Source of the DNA: Neodothiora populina
Taxonomy: Eukaryota
Direction: 5' to 3'
DNA: 64,000 nt
NCBI RefSeq assembly: GCF_041146345.1
Contig: NW_027191404.1
Coordinates: 2,046,001-2,110,000, forward strand
The position numbers were made by a program, and so were the translations under genes. The notes below the pieces were generated by a model. It did no database searches. It had not been told where the DNA came from and worked only from the letters and a program-made list of their open reading frames with translations. This document shows positions 38,713 through 51,239 of the stretch, piece after piece. The first letter of the stretch is position 1. Every line of letters starts with the position of its first letter.

Positions 38713-39299
38713 CGATTGTAATATAACGAGAAGGCTAGCATGTACAAATCCTGTTTCTAATCACAAAGTCCTACTGCCAACCAAAATTGCACCCGTCAAG
38801 TTTGGATCGAAACTTTTTCTACCAAGCCGAATTGGCCATTTGCATGTTTTCTCGTTTGCGTTAGCTCGATCCGCACCTGCCTGTCATGAATCCCACACGA
38901 TACGAGGACCACCACCAACCTTACATCCACAAGAACGAGCCAGCCTAGCAAGGAGGCAAAAAAGACTCAAAGAAAACAAGAACATACAGCAGCTGGGATT
39001 CCCACGTGGTCACCCACCGTAGTACTAATCAGCCGGTCAACTGCTTATGTCTGGCAGAGCGGACGGGATGCCCAGTTCTCAGCTGCCTGTGGCCGTATGT
39101 ACTTTTATGATTTGTTTTTCAGGTATATATACTTGTTACTACCGCTCTTGAATTAAGACTGCTCTTGAATGGAGCTTCTCCTAGCTATCAATATGTTGTC
39201 GAAAGTGCGAGAAGGTCTCTTTTGTTCTCGGGTATCCAGCACTGATGAAAGTTATTGCTACGCCCTACACTATCCAAACAGCACACGGCGACGCATATC

Positions 39300-40889
39300 T
39301 CACGTCTCCGGCTTCCAAACAATGATCTTCTGGTCAAAGCCCCCAGTAACCAACCACTCCTCAGTCTTGCCATTCGATTGAACGAGTGCCGTGCAGAGAC
39401 AGCGAATCTTCGAGCCGATATCATGGCCTTTTAGTGTAGCTACGACTTTGCCTGAGCTGGCCTCTATTCCCCGGACAACTCCGTCGTCGCTGTTGACCCA
39501 GACGCCACTGCCCTAGATGATGACAGATCTGTTAGTGATGTGAGGCGTCGGGTGGAGTTTTCAAGAATAGATGGTATCTACTTACATCAGGCCTCCAGGC
39601 AAGCGCGGGGGTCGAATATGCAGTTTGCGGTGCCAGAGTGTTACAATGAATCAATATGGCGGCAGCCTCTCGGTCTTGCAGCGCGAGCGCGGCGCGGGCA
39701 GAGGCAAAGCCAGACTGCTCGCTGGTCTCGGGATTGATGAGCAGGGAGGATGGCGCCGAAGACACTGGGCCGCTGGTGGACTCTGCTTGTTCCGAAGACG
39801 GGAGTAAGAGGCGCACAAGGAGCAGCTTCATGCTTGGAGTCGCGGACGTAGCTATGGCTAATAGTGTGTCGTCTGTAGGACACAATGCGAGCGAAGCTGG
39901 GGTCTGGTGGGTCCAGCTGTTTGCGTGAGGGGCGATGTTCTGTTTACCTAAGAGATCGCCAGACATAGCACTGTGAAAATATAGATATGTCGAGTCTCTA
40001 CGGGTGACTATCAGGATGGGCTGCTTGTTGTCTGGGTGCTCAATAAACAAGATCGCTTCCGGGTTGGTCAGAAGCTCGATCGAAGCAGTGAGTCTAGGCT
40101 CCTGCTCGCTGCCACTCATACTATATAAATTGACCTTCGCGTCCCAGCCAGCTGTCGCAATCAAGATCGTGTCGTCCATTTCATGGCTCGCAACCTGTAC
40201 AATATATTTGTTGTGGTCACGACGTCGACATAGGATGTTGCCGGCCAGGTCGCTGATGGTTATCTGCCCGCTCATTGATCCAGTCAACAGATGGCCGCTG
40301 GGCAGCATAGCACAAGAAAGAACCGGAGAATCTTGTAGACTTGTCAGACTATCTTGCAATGCGCATGATGGTACTTCCATAACATTGACCCGACGATCTG
40401 CTGTTGTAGCGAACAACAAATGCTTTCCTTGGTCACTTTAGTCAATTAGCCAATTACTTTCTCTCAGTATGCAGCCACTAGACTAGTACACACCCTTCTT
40501 GGATATTGCCGGTAGCAACAGCAAACGACGTATGAATGATGTTAGAAGTCGTCGGCGAGGGAATCGGATGCGCTATAGCTGGCGCGACTGCAAGCCATTG
40601 CTTGCCGGCATCGTCACCAAGCTTCTCGAACCTCAGGCTTACGTCAAAGATCTTCTTCTCTTCGAGGACTCTTTCGAGAGTAAAATCGCCTTTCTTGGTA
40701 GAGCCAGCACTCGCAGCGAGATTAGCTTCACGGATCAAAGCCTCGAGTGTCTGTGATGATTCGTCCTTGTTTTAGTCCTCTGGTCGGCTGCACGAAGAGC
40801 ACATGTATTTCTGTGACAAGACGGACCTCGGTGTAGCCGTGGCTTTTCAAGAACCTCGCGACTAAGAGAGTCGCTTCCTGATTCACCAT
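39300..40889 (-). CDS. LisH + WD40-repeat protein, 4 exons
   Basis: MVNQEATLLVARFLKSHGYTE|TLEALIREA (LisH). WD repeats TGSMSGQI, ATAGWDAKV and LVTGGFDQKIIVW; stop at 39300. Confidence 0.82.
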
Positions 40890-41099
40890 TATATACAGTA
40901 CTTGCGATCGCTACTGCCCCTCCAGGTCTTGATTGATAGGTTCAGATCGACAGAGGGTAATGTACATGGTGAGATATGGCTGCGGACCGCTAGATGTCAA
41001 AACAGTGCAAACTGCCATAATAACTCTATCGTGTTACCACACTATCAGAAGCATGCTCTTCTGGATCACAAGGCAACAACCAGACACTGCATATAGTTC

Positions 41100-41950
41100 C
41101 GTCTCTGAGATTCTGCCGAATTCCCGATGAATCTCTGATACAAGTAAGGCATTTACCCAGTAGTATCAAGCCAATGGCCAAAACATTTCAAGGGTTGTGC
41201 CGCGTGTCACGCCATCCGAAGTTCAAGCTCATCAATTGAAACATATGATCAGACACTGATTGAAGAGATACTTCAATCCACATTGTTGCATACCTTTGAC
41301 AAGTTATTCTGATATGAAACAACTTTTGTGTAACCCCTACCCTCCATTTCGGCAAGCAGGCTAAACGTTGGGGCTTGTCAGATATTCAAATGATGGCTCG
41401 AATTCGCCCGACGCGATGCAATCGTAGCCTAATTTCATAATTTTCTTCCTCGGTGTGGAGAGACTCTGGCGATAGGAAAAGCAGGTTTGTATAAGTCAAA
41501 TGCTAGACTGCAGAATTAAGGCAGATCATTGAAGTGCTCTCTTCATTGGGCATAAAAGTGACATATCTAGCTAAGCCGGAGTGCTGCACCGAACTTTTGG
41601 TAACACATCACATCACAGGAATGGGGTAAAAGCTCTTCATTGGGGGAGTTGGGAGAGGACACGGTTCTCTGGGATTGCCTAAGTTACCCTGCATCCGTTC
41701 TGGACGCCTGCAACCTCACACAGCATCTTGAGTTGCCGCCATCTCGATCGAGTCTCGACAGCTCATAGGCGGCGTGGCAGAAAGCGTGCAGGATGACCGG
41801 GGTGCTTTCTACACGGCAACAGATCAGCCCGCTCCTCCACAATAGGTATACCCCCGCTTATGCAGAGGCTTGACTATCAATCGAACTGTACATGGTTGAG
41901 CATTGAAGACTCCATAGCCCGGCTCATGGCACGCAATCCGTATGGGGTAT
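41100..41950 (+). ncRNA. Candidate structured ncRNA, possibly telomerase RNA (ends uncertain)
   Basis: No credible CDS. TAACCCCTA at 41331-41339, a possible pseudoknot at 41581-41635, a nested multi-helix domain at 41638-41843 and GTATGT at 41947. Pairings were found by eye. Confidence 0.4.
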
Positions 41951-42177
41951 GTTACGGCAGTAAACGTTGACGCATCAATGGTATCGCAGGAGCGCCTACC
42001 ATGGCGTGCATACAGATATGGTCGACAGTATTGCTTGAGGGAATTGTTTTTCGTCCGAAAATGCAGCATAAAATGAAGCCCCATCCGCCCCAGTGCGAAG
42101 TTATCATCATCTCTTTAATCGTAAAGATATCGTGTTCATTGGTTTCTAACCAAGCCAAGCAAGAAAAGTCCTGGACC

Positions 42178-43092
42178 ATGAGCGGTAGCAAGAAACACTA
42201 CCAACAAAAGTCCAATATCACCGGCTACCTGCTGGGAATAGACGGGGTAGGTGTGGAGGCTTGCTCGAGCATAACTGCATCTGACACTGAGATTAGTTAC
42301 CTATAGGGTATACATGGCAGAATCTCAAAGATCTGGCTCGTACGAAGGCGCGAAATCCCGGATGGACATCTACAGACATGCCGTTCCAGGGACACATGTC
42401 TGGCATGTTCGGATGTATAAGGGTCAAGCGTCAAGATGAAGCAGAGAACCTGTACAGTAAGTACTTTGAAATGCATTGGCTTTTGGCGTGTTAGACTATC
42501 GACTGATCATCACAACGACTTCCTTCGCAGCGAACCTCTTCCAGGAAGGTGCCTCCGCGTATATCTTTGGCTGATCCAAGGTCCAAGCACTCTGCCAAAG
42601 CTGGTCGTTTGCACCGACACATCTGTGTCTGGGCAGAATTCGCCGATTACTAGCATTGCTAGCACATCCGAGTTCATGCAGTGCCAATCGCCTGAGATGA
42701 GCGAGATTACGAATCCGGACTTTCGATATGTGCATATCAACGCGTTGGCCTCTCGCACAAGTTTGACCAAGTTGAGAGACTATCTTGAGTCTGCTGGATC
42801 ATTGGAGGAGTGTAGACCACAGTATGGCAAGCACAGAGCTCGAGGTCGGGCTTTTGCGAAGCTTGCGACCAGTCAGACAGCGTCCCATACTGTCATGGCC
42901 CTTGACGGTGGGCTTCTCGAAGGAAGACGTGCTTTAGTGCGACACAGCAAATCAGGCTGCGAATTGACGAGTACCGAGTGCGAAAAGTCGAGTACTGACA
43001 GTGATCACCAATATCGTGTGGTCATTGCTGATGGTTCAAATCCCGGGCATGCGATCGATGTAACGGAGGCTAAGTCCGAGATCCAATGTTGA
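42178..43092 (+). CDS. Two-RRM RNA-binding protein (WQxLKD pseudo-RRM plus RRM), 3 exons, second splice junction problematic
   Basis: MSGSKKHY…YLLGIDG|LPIGYTWQNLKD (intron 42247-42296). Downstream VHINAL…RGRAFAKL…LDGGLLEGRRALVR. Confidence 0.65.
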
Positions 43093-43232
43093 TATCGCAT
43101 TTGGTAGTCTTTCCCCTAGGTATTACTCCACGCAATGACCTGAGACTTTTGTAGCATCTGCCGTGTAACAAGTACCTGTGCAGTAAATGCCTATGCATGA
43201 TGCTGCTTTGACGATCGGAAGCATGCTGCTTC

Positions 43233-45275
43233 TTACTTTTCCTCGGTTGTAGTAGTGACTTGCGCAGCTTCTGCGCAACATCTATCACATAGACAAGCCC
43301 CTCCAAGAGAGCCTGCTGCCCACTCTCGGCGGTCATTCACAGGGAGGTTGATGTCGCAATAGTGACTAAGTACCTCTTCTCCCGCCTTCAGGCCAGGCTG
43401 GCTTCGCTGGGGCTCCCCTTGTGTGACAACATTCCATGCAGCCCGCTCCTTCAATACGGAGAATTTGACTTCGGAAGACCAATTCCAGGTCACATTCGGA
43501 TCACAACTGTGATTTGCAAGACACCAGTTCGGATGAACGGCACTGACTTCTGGTCCGCGAATTGGTCGACCGCTGAGACCACTCAATCGTGCTGATGCAG
43601 TCCCACGGAACTTTGCATACAGTGTGTTGAATACCCATACATCGTACTGAGGGTTGCGGAAAATGTCGATATCCATCATCTCAAGCATATTGAATGGTAA
43701 CACAACATTGGCTTGGAAGCTGAAAGGTAGAGTGAGTGGGAATTGTGAATGCATGGTGTCGGACGGCTGTGTTTCGATCTCGCTCCAGACACTTGACAGA
43801 TCTTCAAAGTGATAATCGCCCCATATGTACTTGACGTATTTCAAGTCGAGTGGATGAATTTCTTGCGTTTCGGCCATGGCAAGGGCTCGCAGCAATAACA
43901 AGGTGTAGAGCGTATTTGCAGCTTCAGTAGGAGGTACGTTTTTGGCAGTGTCTTCGACACCTCTGTCACAGATTGCTGGATGATATTCCTCGCAAGCCAT
44001 GTCGTAGCACGTCTCGTTACAAAATACGACTGAGCACTCAGGGCAATCGACAACCTCGGCGAAAGCTGCGTCGGTCATCTCTGGTAAGTCAGCGCTGCAT
44101 GCGTCACATAGCGCATCTTGAAGTCGATTATTAGCGGTCAGCAGAGACCGCTCTTGCAGGACGATCTCGCCGGGCATCAAATCCTCTTTCGCGAAGACGC
44201 CCAACTGTCTGCTGGTCCCTTCTTGGCCTGCAAGTGCAGGCAGTTCTGTGGCCTTGACGACGAGCTTAGGTGCAATTTTCTCCATCTCCGCATTCAAGAA
44301 TTGCAAGCTCTCATCAGAGCAACGATCAGGTTCGTGAGTGTTCCAAGGGTAGCACTCACGACGAACCATACCATTGTCTGGGTATTGATCGATGCTCAAC
44401 TGACTGTCAGAATCAGATCGATCTTCGACAGAAGATTTGATGCTGGCTAGTATTTCTTGAAGTGCATGGTCACCAGAGAAGATCTCAAGACCTCTCATAC
44501 AGTATTCAGCTGCACTTCTCTCGCATCCACATACATGTAAGCACAGAGCTAACAACTTATATCTGATGCACGAATCAGCCCTGCCAGTGTTGTACCAACC
44601 TCTGTTCTATGGGCAGACTTACATATCTCGAGCATATTTCTTCTTGGCCCAGGCCGATACTTCTCCCTCGGTGATAGGAAAGATGGGAGTCCCATTGCCG
44701 TCTTTGTGAATACACTCAGGGTGAAACAAGCTCTTCTGCAGATCCGGATAGTCATTCAACATCTGGCAGCGACTGGGAATAGATTCCCGGGAGATAGATT
44801 CTGCTAGTGATATGAAAGTTGGATCATAGAATTCAGCATCTTCATCGTCAAGATTATCGATCAGAAGAAGAGCTTTATATGCAGAGCCTGCAGCCAGATC
44901 ATAGTATCCGCAGTCCTTGTAGGCACTTGCGATACGTGAATATAGCTCAATGCTATATGGATGTTCTTCGAGCAAGCTAAGCAAGCCCTCGAGTGTACAC
45001 AATCTCCGATTCAGTTCGACATTGGTGACCTGAGAAAACTGCTCGCAAGACTCTGTACTCTCCTTATCGCCGAGAAAAGGATCTCTCACCAACCACACGA
45101 ATTTTTGAGCGTACGCGTTACACGCATCTTGCGACGATTCGCCCTCAGACGAGCTGTTCCGCGGCACTAGTTGCACGCGTTTTACATCGTGATCATTGTA
45201 GCTGCAGGACGCAATATTCAACTGCTCCAGGGCTTCTTCGACCCCTTGCAAGGTACTATCATCAGGACTGCTCAT
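43233..45275 (-). CDS. SET and MYND-type zinc finger protein (SMYD/Set5-like lysine methyltransferase), 2 exons
   Basis: LGVFAKEDLMPGE, CDAC…CPEC…FCNETC…H…C, ANHSCDPN, GEEVLSHY and post-SET CLCDRC. Confidence 0.88.
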
Positions 45276-46921
45276 GTTTTTCTCGATGCCGATGCAGCAG
45301 CTGCCGTGTTTAAGATTATCTTATGTGAGGAGAATAATTTTGGCGCCAAGGGAAGCATTTTCTGTAAGGAACAAGTTCGGGTACACGGTGCACTATTTTG
45401 TGCCTGACTAGAATTAGCATGCACTACCTTAGCAGCATAGCAGTACGAGTCTCCTATTCATGGTAATGCACCGGTATATGAAGACGTTATGCAAACTCAA
45501 AAACCCCTTGACTGGATTCTGTGATTCTGCACTGTTTCCACGATGCATGCGCCGAGTGCTTGTCGCCAACGTTGTGGAAGCCGCTACCCTTACACGCGCC
45601 ATAAAGCTTGGTGTGACTGGAGGACACGGAACACTGCAAAACGACCCAAGTTAGCCAACGCAAACTCCGATTGAGTGCATTAAACGTGATCCGTCATGAG
45701 GGGTCCTGGAGAATAGCCCAGATTTTATGGAGCACACGCGTGGATCATGATCTGTGATGGAAAGCGAAACCTGCAGATGTTTGGGTTACTCGAATGCCAT
45801 GACTCTTGAGCCGTGACGAGTCACGAAAACTAAGGCTACAAGTAACTTTGGGTAGACATCGCTTGTTTCAATAAGCTGGCATCCAATAGATTGTGATTAC
45901 CTATCACATGTTTCTCGTGGTCTCAAGAAGATATGCAACCAGTAACGATAAGGTCAGGTATGTTTCGACTACGATTCCGCTGACAGCCGAATGCTCCAAC
46001 AGCCGCTGCACGCCGCATCCATTGACATCCGACTAGAAACTATGCTTAACCGCGAGTCCGCAGTGCACTTGTGCCGAACAGGCCGGTTCATCGTCTTTTG
46101 GCTGCGGGATGTCGCAGATCACTCGAGGTACGGAGGCCTTCCGTGCACAGCCAGGAAGTCGGCCATCTGAGTTCAAGGCCTCAGGCTTTGCCCGGGGTCG
46201 TCAGAGATTAGACTTTGGGCGTGACAAAGCCACGCAATCGATCAGTGCCGTCCGCACTCGATTCCGAACCTTGGGTAACGCGGGGAAGTGTTCGCCACTT
46301 TGCATCTGCTGCTGCGCTGCGCATCTTCGAACTCGGCACGCGGCTCAAAATTTAGGACACATATCGTACCGTTCGTTGACATCTCTGTGGGACGTAGTAT
46401 CGGCTGCTGCGATCGCGAGCAGCTGTAGTAAGAAGCTCCACCGACCATGTTAAGCTAATCAAGAATATCTCACATTCATGGTGTAATCACAATTTGAAGA
46501 GAATAGTAAAAGGGTTTCAAGGTTCAATGTTCGTTAAGCCTAATGTTGCGAAGAGGGTATCTTAATAATAAAACAACTGTTCCCGTCCACCCCTGTGGAC
46601 AGGTCAGAGGCGCTATAACAAAATGCTCCAGCATTCATTTTGTAATCATTCAAGTCATGAAGAGTAGAGGCGAAGTTCAGAATATACCGCCGTATCGTCT
46701 CTGGATCTGCAACTTATGGAGTCGCCCAAAGAGCTGTGTGCTCGAATGGCCTGTCGCGATGTTGGTGAGGACTTTTGTCCCAAAGTGACAAATGCGCTCT
46801 GGTGGCTCTCGGCATTGCGCCTTGGAGCGGCTGCTTCGATTGAATCGAGCCTTTTCAAGGCGATAATCGATAATGGTGGTAAGAGGATGAGACATTCGAC
46901 GGAATGCACAGCGAGTCCTGC

Positions 46922-47506
46922 TCAGCGTCCATATCCAACCATTCCCGCGCACCTGGCGCAGTAATAAAGGTTCAATCCATACGAGACGCTGCCAGCAGAA
47001 GCATCAATGCTTAGTGTTCTTTGGCAACGTGAACACCTCGCAGCGCAATTGGGCAGTGACATCGATGCCGTTGATGTAGAGTCATTGCTGGAAGATGAAT
47101 CGTCGTCGCAGTCATCAACGTGAAGCATGTTTTGTAGCGGTCGAAGCTGAGGTCGAGGTCGAGATTGGTTTGTGGTAGGTGATAGAACAGATCGCGTTGG
47201 CAATTGCATTGATCCTGGGGCACTCATCGTGAACGTCCAGGGATCGTGATAACGTTCTAGAAGAGCTGAAGCTTGAGTCGGAGTGAAGTGATGTGCACTG
47301 TACTCGTCCGCAGGCTTTGATGGTGTGAACAATGGAGTTTCGTTCGAGTTGTTGTGGTTTTGTGTGGGAAGTGAGAAATAGCAGGTCTTATCAGCAGAGT
47401 GGGCGGGCAGTGTGTTTTGATATGGCATGATGAGAGTGATATATGGCTCGCGATCCCAAAGTTGCTGTAAATATCGGTTCAGGAGGTCTCTCCGGATCGG
47501 GGACAT
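46922..47506 (-). CDS. Small hypothetical protein with C-terminal CxxC…CxxC motif (start uncertain)
   Basis: Low-complexity body followed by RCSRCQR…YGLNLYYCARCAGMVGY. Confidence 0.65.
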   Translation of the reverse strand: MSPIRRDLLNRYLQQLWDREPYITLIMPYQNTLPAHSADKTCYFSLPTQNHNNSNETPLFTPSKPADEYSAHHFTPTQASALLERYHDPWTFTMSAPGSMQLPTRSVLSPTTNQSRPRPQLRPLQNMLHVDDCDDDSSSSNDSTSTASMSLPNCAARCSRCQRTLSIDASAGSVSYGLNLYYCARCAGMVGYGR

Positions 47507-48460
47507 GCATACTTGTATATAACGCGAAGGGACTGAACTCCGAAAACCCGATCAAGAGTATTTCTCATGGTAGATCTCGATGCAGGCGGCTCACAGTTCG
47601 CAGGGTTCAAAATAGCCACTTTATGCGGGACCAGTTGGTGTATCAGAGTTTACTAGATCGCCAAGCCGTAGCATGTTCGAAGCCATCGCGCGATCCCTCG
47701 AAGCTAAGATCCTTATGTCCGATCCTTAATTCGATGTGATGGTGAATTATCGATCTGGTCTCACTTTCATACTAATCATCTGGAGTTGTGGTAATTCTCG
47801 AACCAAACTCCGCTTTACTGGAAATCTGAATTCCTTTCGTCGGGATGTTGTTATCGCAACAATGTTTATATTAGGAGAGGCATGCAGGCGTGAGTAATCA
47901 AACAACAAAATCATCTTGGAGGTCCAGACCGTCGCCAGAGCGCAGCCGAAAGCCCCACAGGGACGCCTGGACACGCCATGGTAGCATGGAAGGGCCTCGT
48001 ACGGTGGACAGGCAACAGTGTATCGTGCATGATGAGTCAGTGCGCAAGCTTATGAAACAGTGAGTCTGTCGCATGTACTTACTTGTACTGCATACGTTCT
48101 GGTAGGTACCTCACCTCAGGTTGCTGGAACAGGAAAAGCTGGCTGGATGGCTGTCTGAGTTAGAGCAAGAATGAGGCTGTCACGCGTTACAGCATGCCTC
48201 ACCTCCTGCCTCGTCACCCTCTTGGCTCTTGTGAGTCGCTTGGCCGGATAGCAGAGGATCTCGTCGATTACTTGTATGTTTGGGAGGACATGAATTGCAA
48301 CAAGTCGTACTTGTGTTGCGTGATCAGACGCCATCATCAGCACCGTGATTACTCTTGCGCAATATCGTCAGATAAAGTAGTGGTATTGATCTGAGCTTTG
48401 GACTAGGCGCCATGCTTGTAAAGGACCACTTTCCAGCCTTCATAGGTGGTGCCACGCAAC

Positions 48461-50796
48461 CTACACCTCGCTAATTATCTTGCCCATCAAGAGGGCGTCG
48501 ACAGTAGCCCCTCTTTCAACAGATCCCTTGGCAGCAGGAAGACACAAGAGAGCATTCGCTCCTTTGAAGCTGCCGATTCTCGAGCTGCGTTGGCCGCCCG
48601 TACTGGCAGCATGTAAAATGCCATCCGCTCTCGCACTGACAACCACACGGTGATACTCTGCACGTTGCGGGTCCATACGTACAGCCTGATCCAGCACGAC
48701 TTTCACTTTCGGTAGACCGGTGGGGCTGATCCCTGCAGTCTTGTGCAGCGAGGGCAGCACGAACAAATGGTAGGTCACGACTGCGGAGGCTGGGTTGCCG
48801 GGCAGGGAAAAGATGAGTTTGTCATCTACACGCTCACCGGCATTGGTCTTGAAAGGTACACTCGCGAATGTTGTGGGCTTGCCGGGCTTCATCGATACTC
48901 GGCCAAAGTGAATGATGCCACCAAGAGACCGTTCAATGGTTGGCTTAAGCAGATCAAGCTCACCCATAGATACGCCACCGCTCGTGATGATAACATCCAC
49001 TCTACGCATTGCGTCGCGGAGGGTCTGCTCCAAAGCACCAGGTCTATAATGATAAAGCTGTTAGCTCTCCACCTATATACAAAATGCTGAAAAAGTAGGT
49101 GCTTTTGAGGATCGCTAGGGCAATGCAAAGGACGTACCTATCAGATGCTATACCGAGATCAACGGCTTCGAACCCAGATCCTCGAATAGCGGTCAAAAGT
49201 GTCGGTCTGTTGGTGTCTCTCACCTCCCCTAGTCGTAGCTGGCTTTCCCTGTCATGGTTGACAATCTCATCTCCAGTGCTGAGAACTCCCACGATAGGCT
49301 TTTTGTAGATAGACACCTCACGAGTGCCTACTGATGCCAAAAGACCGAATTCGCCTCCTACCGCGGTAATGCCTTCTCCCTTCCGCATAACGACATCTCC
49401 ATTCATGACATCACTTCCAACCTCGCGAACGTTCTCGCCTGGTTGGATGGCATCGGTAAGTATCTCTACTTCTTTCTCCTCTTGACCATCTTCAGTCTTC
49501 GTCTTCAAAATTGTGTCTTCTACCATGACTACCGATGTAGCGCCTGGAGGGAGTGGTGCTCCGGTGGTGATCCGAGCAATTTCACCCTCTCTCAAGGTAG
49601 CATGCTCACCTGCTTGCGCGTGGGATATCATAGCCACAGGGAAAAGTCCTTTAGTGCTTGGAGCTTCTTTGCCAGCAATGACTGCATAACCATCAACTAT
49701 ACTTGCCCTGAAAGCTGGTACAGACTCGTTGGCTTGGACATCCTCAGCCAGCACGTGGCCGACAATGGATTCATTCAGGGCAGTTCTGACAATCTTTGGC
49801 ACAGGCGTGTTCGCATCGATCAATCTCAAGGCTTCCTCTACAGATAGCATAGGATAGGGTGACGTTCTGTAGCGCCTCGTAGGACCATCGTTTGGGTCAT
49901 TGGATTGAGGCCTGCTCTCGGGATCAGTGTGAGCCTTAGGTCCAGCATGGCCATGTCCATGTCCATGATTGTGATTATGACCACCTTGAGAAGCTGTAGT
50001 GGGCAATGAGTCCTTGGCTGAAACACCAGCATCGCTCTCCAATTTTCCCATGCCACCTTCGTGTAGCTGTCTCGAGTTCTCGCCTGCCGCTTGCTGGCAA
50101 GCATGCGCGAGAAGTTTGAAGATTGATTCTAGGTTCTCAGAAGCACCCTTTGGTGATCCAGGCAGCGTAACAATCAGGGTTCCGTCTCGCACACCTGCGA
50201 CCGGTCTTGACATGACGGCGACTGTGTTTGGTTAGAGCTACTTTCGAGAATGATGTTCTTCTAGTTCTAAATATGCAAGCCTGCATGTGGCATTATTACT
50301 TGGGATGTCTGGGTGGGTTCTTACAAGGAGTAACTTTCAATGAGGCAGCCAGCATTCCATGTCTAGTGGATCATGAGTGACGGGTATACATGACATAACG
50401 ATAGTTACTTACACGAGGCCGGGCGCATGTTTATGTATCAGAGGGCTAACAGCCTAGAGAACGGGATTAATACATAACATCATCACTGACGTTTAATGTT
50501 CCATCAACGGCAACACATTGGTGGACACAAACCTCTGGAGTGATGTCCTTCACAGCAAACCCAGTTCCTCCACTAGTGACCACGAGATTGACACCAGCCT
50601 CGACATCTTCGAGTATCGAGCGCTGAATCATCAAGACATCGTCGGACACAATCTTCTTCTGCGCCACTTCCCACTTGTCTGAACCCTGTTGATCAAAGAT
50701 GTTCTGCAGGGCGGGAATGCATTTGTCCGTCGATGCGTCTTTGTATGCTGTTTCTGATATGACGATAATGGAGGCGGTCAGTTTATCTTGTGACAT
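48461..50796 (-). CDS. cnxE: Molybdenum cofactor biosynthesis protein, gephyrin-like MogA(G)-MoeA(E) fusion
   Basis: G domain VTSGGTGFAVKDITPE, SRPVAG and LPGSPKG; His-rich linker; E domain ASIVDGYA, STGDE, TSGGVSMGELD and LPGNPAS. At least 4 introns. Confidence 0.95.
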
Positions 50797-51239
50797 GTTT
50801 AGAGGCGTGATTGCTAATGCACGTTGTGGTTGGTGTTGGAGAACGTGGAGAGTTCTAGTGCGGAGAAATTGGTCTGGATTCATGCATGCAGACCAAGAAT
50901 CCTCTGGACACACATAACTATAGGACCACAGATGGCGTAACTTACGCTACTAAGCTTATACTAATACTGACAGAACGACGATACCGAAAATTCAATTAAT
51001 CGGTTGATCGTCCAGTTTTACTGACGAGTTTTTCATTATAGTGTGACTTTTCGAAATGATATCATAGTGTGCTATACAAATCTATACATCATGAAATTGA
51101 AGCTACGATCCAGCCATATCTTTCCTAGCGCTAGCCTCCCACGACGCCTGCAAATGCGCTATTTGGGTATACAATGATCTTTTCCCGAGTTAGGCTCCGC
51201 GATGTGCAGAAATCCTGTCTTTTCAGCTTCGTCTGGCGA

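Noticed and set aside
41351..41380. CAGGCTAAACGTTGGG resembles the R element of group I introns
   Set aside because: No P, Q or S elements and no rRNA host. It is explained as a local hairpin.
41410..41430. TGCAATCGTAG resembles CR-IV of yeast RNase P RNA
   Set aside because: No matching CR-I upstream or CR-V downstream on the same strand.
48025..48160. ATGATGA … CTGA pair as a possible C/D snoRNA
   Set aside because: No recognisable rRNA or snRNA guide next to box D and no terminal stem.
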